From Mustelus asterias (lineage: Eukaryota): a stretch of DNA of 64,000 bases. The stretch lies in NCBI RefSeq assembly GCF_964213995.1, contig NC_135805.1, positions 140,244,001 to 140,308,000 of the forward strand. Reading direction: 5' to 3'. A program made the translations under genes and the position numbers. Shown here piece by piece: positions 39,005 through 50,679 of the stretch (positions within the stretch are counted from its first letter, which is position 1; every line of letters begins with the position of its first letter). Under the pieces are notes generated by a model, which was not told the origin of the DNA, ran no database searches, and saw nothing but the letters and a program-made list of their open reading frames with translations.

Positions 39005-40860
39005 ACAATACAAACCAAAGTAAAAACAGAAAATTCTGGAAATATTTAACAAGAAGCAGCATCGGCATTGATAGAAGCAGAGTTAACATTTCAACTCACG
39101 ACCGGAACAGGAAAAGTTAGAAAAGTAATAGTTTTTAAGTTGGTGAAATGGGGGAGGACGGAAATAGAAAACAAAACAGAAGGTCCGTGAGAGGGTGGGA
39201 TATGGGAGACATCAAATGACAAAATAGTTGGTGGGGCAACTAATTTGAAAGCAAAATAAGAGTAAAATAGATTAAGACTCACGCATGCAAAGAAAAGGGA
39301 AACAAAATAGAGGAAATGGAGATTATGGTCTGAAATTGCTGAACTCAAATGTTGATCCAGAAATTTGTAAAGTTCCCAATTGAAAGATGAGATGTTGTTC
39401 CTTGCTTGCATAGAGAGGTGTCACAGGAAGGGGACAAAATGTTATAGGTGATCGAGGAGTGGACCAGGATGCCAGAGAGAACTGCCCTTTCAGAATGCTG
39501 AAAGGATGGAAGATGTGTTTGGCGGTGGCACCACGCTGGAGGTGTCAGAAATGACATCGATTGAGTGTGGCGGCTGTTAGGGTGAAAAATGAGGACTCCA
39601 GAAACCCTATGAGAGGGAGGGAAAAGGATGGGAACAGAATTGAAGTAAATGGGTCAGACACGGTGAAACATGGTTGGGTGGGGTGGACGGGGAATCTTTG
39701 GTTGAGGAAAAATGAAGACATATCAGAAGTGATGCTATCGGAGATTGCATCATCATTACGGATGCGATGGAAAAACCGAGAGAATGGAACAGAACCCTTA
39801 CAGAATGCAGGGTGTGAGAAAGTATAGTCCAGAGTAGCTGTGGGAGTCAGTGCATTTCTAATGAATATTTGTTGATTTTGTTTCCCCAGAAATGAAGATC
39901 GAGAAGTCAAGAAAGAGAAGGGAAGAGTGGAGATGGACTATATGAAAATGGGAAGCAAAGCTGAAGAATTTTTGAATTCAGGGTGAAAGCAGGAAAAAGC
40001 ACTGATACAGTCACCAATGTACCAGGAAAAAATAGTTGAGGGAGCCTGAATAGGATTGGAAGAAATATTCCACATACTCCTCCAAAAGGTAAAATTAGGA
40101 CCCATGTGGGTATCCAGAGCAACCCTTTCATTTGGAGAAAATTAGATGAGTTAAAAGAGAAGTTGCTTCATTAGAACAGGTTGAGCCAGTTGTTGGAGGG
40201 TGGCGATGGATAGAATCTAGTCTTCATTCAAGGAAGGTGTGGAGAGCCATCCTGGTGGGGATGTAGGTGGAGGAAATTTGGATGCCTATGGTGAAGAGGT
40301 GGTTTTTAGGGCTCGGAAATTGGAAACTATAGAAATGACAGCAGGCATCAGAAGAGTCACAGATCTTAGGTAGGGAGAGACTGGACAAGGAGAGAAAAAA
40401 AGTCAAGATCGGAAAAGAAAAACCAGTCCAGTGGGGAGGAACAGGCTGAATTGAAAGGTCAACCAGGGCAATCCTTTTCTGTATCTTGGGAAGGAGGTAG
40501 AAGCAGGCTATTCAGGGTTGGGGGATTATGCAGTGGGAAAGTGTGGAAGGAAGATCTTTAGGAGGAGATGAAGTCAGTGATAATCCTGGAAACAGTGGCC
40601 TGATGTTCGAGGTGGGGCCACGGTCCACGGGGAGGTAGGAAGTAGTGTTCAGAGTTGGCGGATTAGCCTTCCCTAAGTAGAGATCAGCACACCAGGCAAC
40701 AACTGCACCACTCGTCAGCAGCTGATAACAATGTTCACGTTGGACGTGAGAGAACTGAGTGTAACAGGTTAAGAGGGAGACAGGTTCGAGTGAGCAGATA
40801 AATTGAGACAGCTATTGTCACGTTTGCAGTCCTCAATGAAAAGGTCAAGAGGGCCTTTTG
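39005..40860 (-). mobile_element. Old Penelope-like element (second family), degenerate RT region and 3' end
   Basis: Remnant TLDYTFSHPAFCKGSVPFSRFFHRIRNDD resembles the PLE RT thumb. The 3' part is homologous to 31200-32145. Confidence 0.65.
40176..40509 (+). repeat. Inverted duplication, copy 1 (partner 43739-44074)
   Basis: Near-identical reverse complement. The ORF track gives the same 60-aa translation at 40224..40406(-) and 43844..44026(+). Confidence 0.92.
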
Positions 40861-40908
40861 TTTCTTTACTTGACCCACACACTCTCTGCCACTGCCTCAC
40901 CAACTCTT

Positions 40909-41030
40909 TTATTTGGTAGCAAATACCATTAGCTTTCGGAGCGCTGAAATAAACCTGTTGGACTTTAACCTGGTGTTGTTACAACTCTTACTGTGTTCAC
41001 CCCAGTCCAACGCCGGCATCTCCACATCAT
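40909..41030 (+). mobile_element. 122-bp mini-PLE: short inverted arm plus sense terminus and tail
   Basis: Antisense TTATTTGGTAGC..AGCTTTCGGAGCGCTG joined to sense AAATAAACCTGTTGG..CTCCACATCAT. 11-bp TSD CACCAACTCTT at 40898-40908 and 41031-41041. Confidence 0.85.
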
Positions 41031-41362
41031 CACCAACTCTTGCCATTTAATGTCTCCCACCTTTCACCCCATCAGTTCTCTTGTTCTTTTTCCACCCGCC
41101 CCCACTTCATTCACTACAACTACAACTTTTACATACACAGAATCCCTACAGTGCAAAAGGAGGCCATTCGGCCCACTAAGTCTGCACCGATTTACATGTC
41201 CAACAGTTCCGTTCTCATCAAAGGCACAACCTGAAATGTTAATTCTGTTTCTCGCTCCACAGATGCTGCCTGACTTCTTGAGTGGCTCCTGCATTTTCTG
41301 TTTTAATTTCAGATTTCCAACATCTGCAGTATTTTGCTTTTGGACTCAAATTCAAAATATAT

Positions 41363-41698
41363 GGCGGCACGGTAGCACAGTGGTTAGCACTGCTGCTTCA
41401 CAGCTCCAGGGACCTGGGTTCCAATCCCGGCTCGGGTCGCTGTCTGTGTGGAGTTTGCACTTTCTCCCTGTGTCTGCATGGGTTTCCTCCGGGTGCTCCG
41501 GTTTCTTCCCACAGTCCAAAGATGTGCGGGCTAGGTTGATTGGCCATTCTAAATTGCCCCTTAGTGTCCCGGGATGCATAGGTTGGAGGGGTTAGTCGGT
41601 AAATATGTAGGGATATGTGGATAGGGCCTGGGTGGGATTGTGGTTGGTGCAGACTCGATGGGTCGAATGGCCTCCTTCTGCACTGTAGGATTCTATGA
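41363..41698 (+). mobile_element. HE1-type SINE
   Basis: Full-length. Same subfamily as 45336-45673. Confidence 0.9.
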
Positions 41699-42054
41699 TA
41701 TGCAGGGATGTCAAATCAACAAAGTTAGGGGGTGTTGTGAACTATAAAAAAGGAAAGTTGATTAAAACGGACCTCAGCCAGCCACCACTTTCACCAGATC
41801 ACTGCAATAACAGCAAAACAAAATCAGAACCGTGTCCTCAGACATAGACCCCCATATCAATCTAACAGAACAATGATCAGAACTGGAGGAGGCTATAGGC
41901 AAAGCTCAGTCCCACATTAATTCAAAAAGTGTAGTGTACAACCAGACAATTAACAATGTGGCAGCTCCAATGTCATCCTCAAATATAGAGGAACTTAGCA
42001 CACAAATGCAGGAGACAAGGTTGAAGTGTATGCAAATATCCAGCTAAAAAAACA

Positions 42055-43737
42055 TTGAACAAAGAACAATACAGCACAGGAACAGGCCCTTCGGCCCTCC
42101 AAGCCCACGCCGCTCCCTGGTCCAAACTAGACCATTCTTTTGTATCCCTCCATTCCCACTCCGTTCATATGGCTGTCTAGATAAGTCTTAAATGTTCCCA
42201 GTGTGTTCGCCTCCACCACCTTGCCTGGCAGCGCATTCCAGGCCCCCACCACCCTCTGTTTAAAATATGTCCGTCTGATATCTGTGTTAAACCTCCCCCC
42301 CCTTCACCTTGAACCTATGACCCCTCGTGAACGTCACCACCGACCTGGGGAAAAGCTTCCCACCGTTCACCCTATCTATGCCTTTCATAATTTTATACAC
42401 CTCTATTAAGTCTGCCCTCATCCTCCATCTTTCCAGGGAGAACAACCCCAGTTTACCCAATCTCTCCTCATAACTAAGCCCCTCCATACCAGGTAACATC
42501 CTGGTAAACCTCCTCTGTACTCTCTCCAAAGCCTCCACGTCCTTCTGGTAGTGTGGCGACCAGAACTGGACACAGTATTCCAGATGCGGCCGAACCAACG
42601 TTCTATACATCTGCAACATCAGACCCCAACTTTTATACTCTATGCCCCGTCCTATAAAGGCAAGCATGCCATATGCCTTCTTCACCACCTTCTCCACCTG
42701 TGACGTCACTTTCAAGGATCTGTGGACTTGCACACCCAGGTCCCTCTGCGTATCTACACCCTTTATGGTTCTGCCATTTATCATATAGCTCCTCCCTACA
42801 TTATTTCTACCAAAATGCATCACTTCGCATTTATCAGGATTGAACTCCATCTGCCATTTCTTTGCCCAAATTTCCAGACTATCTATATCCTTCTGTAGCT
42901 TCTGACAATGCTCCTCACTATCTGCAAGTCCTGCCAATTTTGTGTCGTCTGCAAACTTACTGATCACCCCAGTTACACCTTCTTCCAGATCATTTATATA
43001 AATCACAAACAGCAGAGGTCCCAATACAGAGCCCTGCGGAACACCACTTGTAAGAAGTTTAACAACACCAGGTTAAAGTCCAACAGGTTTATTTGGTAGC
43101 AAAAGCCAGGCAAGGTCGCCACACTACCAGAAGGACGTGGAGGCTTTGGAGAGAGTACAGAGGAGGTTTACCAGGATGTTACCTGGTATGGAGGGGCTTA
43201 GTTATGAGGAGAGATTGGGTAAACTGGGGTTGTTCTCCCTGGAAAGACGGAGAATGAGGGGAGACTTAATAGAGGTGTATAAAATTATGAAAGGCATAGA
43301 TAGGGTGAACGGTGGGAAGCTTTTCCCCAGGTCGGTGGTGACGTTCACGAGGGGTCATAGGTTCAAGGTGAAGGGGGGAGAGGTTTAACACAGATATCAG
43401 ACGGACATATTTTACACAGAGGGTGGTGGGGGCCTGGAATGCGCTGCCAGGCAAGGTGGTGGAGGCGGACACACTGGGAACATTTAAGACTTATCTAGAC
43501 AGCCATATGAACGGAGTGGGAATGGAGGGATACAAAAGAATGGTCTAGTTTGGACCAGGGAGCGGCGCGCGCGGGCTTGGAGGGCCGAAGGTGTGGCTTT
43601 TGCTACCAAATAAACCTGTTGGACTTTAACCTGGTGTTGTTAAACTTCTTACTGTGTTTACCCCAGTCCAACGCCGGCATCTCCACATCATGAACACCAC
43701 TAGTCACAGGCCTCCAGCCGGAAAAAGACCCTTCCAC
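42055..43737 (-). mobile_element. Young 5'-truncated CR1 LINE interrupted by a chimeric PLE insertion
   Basis: 245-aa ORF GPLLFVIYINDL..KFADDTK..EYCVQFWSPH..TRGHRFK. CR1 sequence resumes at 43692 after the insertion. Confidence 0.93.
43051..43691 (+). mobile_element. Chimeric PLE insertion: inverted PLE arm + about 480 bp sense CR1 3' segment + PLE terminus
   Basis: PLE antisense 43051-43108, CR1 about 43109-43590, PLE sense 43591-43691. 10-bp TSD GAACACCACT at 43039-43048 and 43692-43701. Confidence 0.88.
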
Positions 43738-43738
43738 A

Positions 43739-44074
43739 AGCCTGCTTCTACCTCCTTCCTAAGATCCAGAAAAGGATTGCCCTGGTTGACCTTTCAATTC
43801 AGCCTGTTCCTCCCCACTGGACTGATTTTTTCCCCCCCCGATCTTGACTTTTTTTCTCTCCTTGTCCAGTCTCTCCCTACCTAAGATCTGTGACTCTTCT
43901 GATGCCTGCTGTCATTTCTATAGTTTCCAATTTCCGAGCCCTAAAAACCACCTCTTCACCATAGGCATCCAAATTTCCTCCACCTACATCCCCACCAGGA
44001 TGGCTCTCCACACCTTCCTTGAATGAAGACTAGATTCTATCCATCGCCACCCTCCAACAACTGGCTCAACCTGT
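43739..44074 (-). repeat. Inverted duplication, copy 2 (of 40176-40509)
   Basis: Direct comparison. Begins immediately at the 5' truncation point of the CR1. Confidence 0.92.
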
Positions 44075-44857
44075 GGTCCATCACAATTGGCCATGTCAAG
44101 ACAATTTGGTTCATGTTGTGTGATATTAAGTAGTACCCAAGTAAGTTGGACACAGCAAAGGCTATGGGCCTTGCTGGTGTCTCGGCTATTCTGCTGAGGA
44201 ACTATGCGCGAGATTTACTTGGGCTCCTAGCCCAGCTGCCACTTTAGAAGGCCGAGCAAAACTGAGGCCAATCAGGATCAAACACAAAGCCATCCAGTGG
44301 TTGTGGTCACTTCCGTCACAAAGGAAGATGGTGTGCTTCGTTTGAGATCAATTCATCAGAGCCCCATGACATTGTTGCTGGAATTCATTAGGACTGCATC
44401 ACTGCTTCATTAATGACCTTCCCTCCATCATAAGGGTGGGGATGCCCATTGATGATTATAGGGTGCCGTTGATTGCACAAACCCAGATAACGAAGCTGCC
44501 TGCCAATCCACAGCTGGACCTGGATAATACCTAGACTGAGCCGATAAGAGGCAAGTAACAGCTGAGACATTTAAATGACAAATAATGACTATTCTGAACA
44601 AGAGAAGGCCCAGCCACCTTCTCTTGATCTTCAATAGGGCCACCATTAATATCTTAAAGGTCAACACAGACAGATGATTGGCTGGACCAGCCACATCAAT
44701 ACTTTGCCTACAAGAAGCAGGGCAGAAGCTGGCCATTCTGTCAGGAGTGGGTCACCTCCTGACCCTTAAAACCTTAGGCCATTTGCCTGGGTACAGCATT
44801 GAACAACATTAAAAAAGTTAGCACCACATAAGAGAGCAGTTCATTTGACCAGTGATC

Positions 44858-45722
44858 TGCGGAAGGATATATTGGCCTTGAGGGAGTGCAGAGAAGGTTC
44901 ACCAGGTTGATACCAGAGATGAGGGGTGTTGATTATGAGGAGAGACTGAGCAGATTGGGTTTGTACTCGGAGTTTAGAAGGCTATGGGGGGATCTTATAG
45001 AGACCTATAAGATAATGAAGGGGCTGGATAGGGTAGAGGTGGAGAGGTTCTTTCCACTTAGAAAGGAAGCTAGAACTAGAGGGCACAGCCTCAAAATAAA
45101 GGGGGGTCAGTTTAGGACAGAGTTGAGGAGGAACTTCTTCTCTCAGAGGGTGGTGAATCTCTGGAATTCTCTGCCCACTGAAGTGGTGGAGGCTACCTCG
45201 TTGAATATGTTTAAATCACGAATGGATGGATTCCTGATCGGTAAGGGAATTAGGGGTTATGGGGATCAGGCGGGTAAGTGGAACTGATCCACTTCAGATC
45301 AGCCATGATCTTATTAAATGGCGGGGCAGGCTTGATCATAGAATCCTACAGTGCAGAAAGAGGCCATTCGGCCCTTCGAGTCTGCACCAACCGCAGTCCC
45401 ACTCAGGCCCTATCCACATATCCCTACATATTTTACCCACTAACCCCTCTAGCCTATGCATCCCGGGACACTAAGGGGCAATTTAGAATGGCCAATCAAC
45501 CTAGCCCGCACATCTTTGGACTGTGGGAGGAAACCGGAGCACCCGGAGGAAACCCACGCAGACACACGGAGAATGTGCAAACTCCACACAGACAGCGACC
45601 CGAGCCGGGATTGGAACCCAGGTCCCTGGAGCTGTGAAGCAGCAGTGCTAACCACTGTGCTACTGTGCCGCCCATGAGGGGCTAGATGGCCTACTCCTAC
45701 TCCTATTTCTTATGTTCTTATG
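44858..45722 (+). mobile_element. CR1 LINE 3' end with a nested SINE
   Basis: ORF QRRFTRLIPEMRG..TRGHSLKI..WNSLP and a cttatgttcttatg tail. Same subfamily as 55408-57668. Confidence 0.92.
45336..45673 (-). mobile_element. HE1-type SINE nested in the CR1 3' UTR
   Basis: Full-length copy. CR1 UTR resumes on both sides. Confidence 0.9.
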
Positions 45723-46984
45723 CTACTGGGCTCAATATCCATGCCCACCATGCTGGTACAGCATCGCTGCAGTCTGCACAATCTACAGTCAAACAACTCA
45801 CTACCACCCACCATTATGATTCTCAACACTTAGGAGATGTTGTAGCTGTAACAACCACCTCAAGATCCCCTCCCAGAAATCCTGATTTTAAATTATTTTT
45901 GCCATTCCCTCGTCATCGCTGGATTAATATCCTGGAATTCCATGCCTCATGCAATCTTGGGAGCCAGGAGCTGCACTGGTTCAAAGAGAAGGCCACCACC
46001 CCACCGTTGGGCAACTGGGAATGTTGTGTGTTTTATTGCCTTGCTATTGTTGTTCATATTCTGAGAGCAAATAAAAAGATAAATGACAAAACCTCGAGTC
46101 ATGAGGACCTAGAATTAATAACACCAACTCTTTTGCTCTTCCAACACAAAGTCCACCTGAAAGGTTGACCTAATTCCTGTGTGCTGGGGAGATCCAACCT
46201 TGCCAATTCAGCAAAAATCAACATTTTTGAGAGAAAACATTTAATTATATCAGAACTGATTAAAACCGAATCGACTGGCAATTTATTATTGATGGGCATC
46301 CATTTAGTTCAGCCCGAATGCAGCAAGCTTTTAGTGTACTATAACACAAGTGCTGTCACTGTTAAATGAACAATTTCAGCTTTCTTCGAATGTTTTCATT
46401 GAAAAATATATTACAACTGAGCTAAAAGCTTCAGTGCCAACATTTCCCCAATAATAACCGTGGCAACAATTCAGCAGCAGCTCAGTCTGGGTTTTAATTG
46501 ATCCAACTTATTGTCTGCAGTTAGCTCCGAGCAAGCTATTAGCTGCCAACATTCAGAATAATTGTGTGCAGCCAGGTAAGTCCAGCTGGCACAAGGTGGC
46601 CTCCATGTTCAGCAGTCAAAACCAGGAAGATCTGACCTTTGGTGTTCACTGCCATCAACACCACTCCAAAGTGGATGTCCAAAAATCAGCCATGCCTAAA
46701 AACAATGGTTTAAGCTGGCATGGAACCACGTCTTTACTGGCCTATACATGCCTGCACTTTGAAGAAAGTTGGATTAAACACTCCCAACTGTTCAAAAGAC
46801 CAATTTATTAACAGGTTCTGCCATTCTGCATTTAAACAAAGTTTACACAAATCTCTAGCAAAAAGCATTTCACAAATTGTCCCCTCATGAATATCAACAG
46901 AACATTTAAAGGATCATCAAGCAGTCTAGAAAACAACAAAAGATCCGATCAGCCCAAGAAGCAAGGGGACCACACCTGTGCAAT

Positions 46985-47460
46985 ATAACACTGTGCTGTA
47001 CAGAGTTTTGGTCTCCATACTGAAGGAAGGATACACTTGCATTGAAAACAAGACAGAAAGGTAGACCACACTGGTTCCTAGGATGAGAAACTGAGTTAAT
47101 TGGGCGTATCCACTCAGAAATTTAGAAGAATGAGAGGTTATCTAATTGAAACAAGAAAGAATCTAGAAGATGGGGGCATAGACCCAAGATAAGAGTTGAT
47201 CATTTAGAACTGAGATGAGGAAATATTCTTCAATCAGGGGATTGTGAATCTTTGTAATTCTCTGCCCCAGAGGGTTTGTAAGGAACTCCATCGTCAAGTA
47301 TATTTAAGTCCGAGTTAGTTGGATGTTTGGTCTTTTGGAATCAAGGGATATGAGGGGGGGTCATGAGAGTAGAGTTGCGGCACAAGATCAGCCGTGATCA
47401 TGAATGGTGGAGCAGGCTCGAGGGGCAACATGGACCCCTGCTCCTATTCCTTATGTTCTC
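46985..47460 (+). mobile_element. Degenerate CR1 3' fragment
   Basis: Homologous to 44858-45722 with deletions. Confidence 0.7.
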
Positions 47461-48534
47461 CAAACTCAAAATAGGCACAGGTCCAAGAAGGCATCACCTG
47501 TAACCCAATGATAGAACTCTTGGCTGAGTCACTCCAGAGGCTTGAACACATAATCCAGACTGACACTGCAGTGCAGTACTGAGAGAGTATCAGTGTTGGA
47601 GGTGCAATCTTTCAATTAGACAGGTCCAAAATCCTCTATTTTGCCTGAAGGAACTTCTCCCACTCAAGCCAGGCAAGTCATTTTTCTCCTTTGAATATGC
47701 AAAAAAATAATTTATTGCAGTACATCAGCTCTCCAACTCCTTGAAGTAAGTGGTTATTAAATACTAGACTTAAGATGCTTCATCTTTAAGTCCACTGACG
47801 TTTGAGAAACTTAGACTTTCTGCATGTTGGCAGTGGATGGGATTTGTATCATTTTAGCAATGGATCACAGAAACTGTGCATCTGTTGCAAGGACACAACC
47901 CCTGTTCCGAGCAGCCATCAACAGGGTGCCTTGAGCTTGTAACTGAATGGACAGGCATGGGAGTACTGCACAATATTCCTACAAGTTCTTCCCCTCTTGT
48001 TACAATGTCATAGTTAAATTGTAAGGTCAAAAGACTAGAATGAAGTTTAACAAAGACAAGTAATTAAAAATAAAGTACAAGAAGTACATGAGACACAATC
48101 ACCACCAAACGTTCCTTTGCCTCTGATTTTATGTCACTCATTTCTCTCTTCCTTTTCCATTTTTCCTTCTGCTGTGGACTTACATTTATACATTCTCTCT
48201 TGCTTGTCTTTCTGGTTATTTGTAACTTTTACTTGATTGTTTCTGTCTTGAGTGATCGAGTTACTACATGGAAGTCTGTAGCAAGCAACTGGCCCAAAGA
48301 GAACTTGGTGATTTTTTTGTCCCTCCAATAAAAACACAATTCTTCTGATTAGTGAAGCGGTTAATCCCACATGGTTTATAATTCGGTTAAAATGTTTAAT
48401 TCAATAATTGGGATATGATGAGTACACAAGGGAGATGATGTGGTTAGTGCAGCAAGAGTGGCTTTGGACTTGAGTTACAAGACACTTCACTGCTGAGGTT
48501 TTCCTTGTGCCATATCCAAGTCTGTTATGTAGAA

Positions 48535-49905
48535 ACATCCATAGAAAATAGAAGCAGGAGTAGGCCATTTGGCCCTTCGAGCCCATTCCTAGCACAGATT
48601 CCTGCAGTACCCCACTAGTCACTACCTGCCAATCAGAAAAAGACCTGTTTATTCCAACTCTTTGCTTCTGTCTGTTAACCAGCTTTCTATCCATCTCAAG
48701 ATATTACATGCATTCCCATGTGCTTTAACTTTATACAGTAGTCTGCAATGTGAGACCTTGTCGAAAGCCTTCTGAAAAAGTCTAAATAGACCACATCCAC
48801 CGGTATTCCTTGTTACTAATTGCATCTACAAATAATTCCAGTACATTCACCAAGCATGATTTTCCCTTTGTAAATACATGTTGACTTTGTCTGATTATAC
48901 CACTGCTTTCCAAATGCTGTGCTATGAATTGGTAATGGACTCTCGCAACTTCCCCAGTACTGACGTTAGGCTCACTGGTCTATAGTTCCCTGTTTTCTCT
49001 CTACCTACCTTTTTGAATCGCGGGCTTATGTTAGCTACCCTCCAATCTGTAGGAACCATTCCAGAGTCCAAAGAATTTTGGAAAATAACCACCAATGATC
49101 TACTATCTCTAGGGCTGCTTCCTTATACTCTGGATGAGGATTATCAGGTCCTAGAGATTTATCCATCTTCAATCCCATTAATTTCTCCAAAACCATTTCT
49201 CTGGTAATACTGATTTCCATCAGTTCCTCACTAAAACTTGCATTATTCAGAACTTCTGGTACATTATTCATCTTATTTTGTGAAGACAGAAACAAAATAT
49301 GAATTTAGTTCCTCAGCCATTTCTTTGTTTCCTGTTCTGAACTCTCCCGTTTCTGACTGTAAGAATCATACTATAGAATCCTTACAGTGCAAAGGTAAGG
49401 GGCCTACTTTTGTTTTTGTCAACCTTTTTCTCTTTACATACCTATAGAAACTTTTAGAGTCAGTTTTATGTCCCCCACTAGGTTACTTTCATACTCCATT
49501 TTTCCCCTTCTTAATCAATCCCTTGGTCCTCCTTTGCTGAATTTTAAACTGCTGCCAATCCTTAGGTATATTACTCTTTATTGTCAATTTGTATGCTTCT
49601 TCTATGAATCTAATACTATCTCTAATTACCCTTGTTTGACCACAGTTCCCTTTCCACTCTTGCACCAAATTAGAATAAACAACTTTTGGAGTTCACCTAT
49701 TTATTCCTTGACTGCCTGTCCACTGTCCTTCCTTTCAGTAATGTTTCCATCATCAGCCAACTCGTGCCTCTTCCATCATAGTTACCTTTATTGAGATTCA
49801 GATTCAGGAACCTGGTCTCAGAATCAACTATGTCACTATTCACCTTAATAAAGAATTTTATCACATTATGGTCATTGATCCCCAGGGATTTTCTCACAAC
49901 TAGAT
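48535..49905 (-). mobile_element. Degenerate, internally deleted CR1 LINE
   Basis: Remnants RQKQRVGINRSFSDWQVVTSGVLQESVLG and VLEKLMGLKMDKSLGPD. Confidence 0.8.
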
Positions 49906-50110
49906 GTTGTTGACTAACAGAGAGAATGCATTATCATTGCATCATGTGATTACCAGGATGGTTACAAAAAAAGTTGGACTGTGATCTTCCTTCATCAACC
50001 CATTCCTATGTAACCCTTTAGCTTTGACATCCAGAATATCTTCTTCTTTCCCAATTCTCTGGCTGTGAATAGTTGTGCATAACATGGCAAGGAATCCTGT
50101 GTAGGAATTA

Positions 50111-50350
50111 GGGTGGCACAGCAATTAACTCTGCTGCATCACAGCACAAGGGACCCAGATTAAATTCTGGCCTCGGGTGGAGTTTGCATGTTCTCCCCGT
50201 GTCTGCATGGGTTTCCTCTGGGTGCTCCGGTTTTCTCACACACTCCAAAGATGTCTAGGTTAGGGATGGGGCCTGGGTGGGATTGTTGTCAGTGCAGGCT
50301 GGATAGGCCAAATGGCCTCCTTCTGCACTTGGATTCGATGAATCTATGAT
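50111..50350 (+). mobile_element. Deleted HE1-type SINE
   Basis: Head, central domain and tail with internal gaps. Confidence 0.75.
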
Positions 50351-50679
50351 TAATTCTATGAATTCACTTAGATGGAGAATAGATCACATAATTCAGATAT
50401 TCCCAGTCTTTCGAATAAGACATATCTGCTCTCTCAGGTGAATGCCATATATCCCATGACACTATTAAAAGGAGAGAAAGGTGTTCTCGCTGGAATGCTC
50501 GCCAATACTTAACTCATCAACCAACACCAGCAAAAAGACAGGTCTTTCTGTGCTCAATCTAGCTGCCTTGTTTCTCTACACTAAACTGTGTTCGGGTAAA
50601 GACATTACAAAAAGTACTTTCACAAGGAGTGGGATCCCACTGAAAAGAGGATAGGCTGAGCCTCAATAAATAGAAATGG

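Noticed and set aside
40993-41595. 200-aa ORF
   Set aside because: Chance read-through across the PLE tail, repeat fragments and a SINE.
43051-43651. PLE ends read as DNA-transposon TIRs
   Set aside because: The same sequence is the terminus of an RT + GIY-YIG element at 28290-30858, and it has an asymmetric 40-nt tail.
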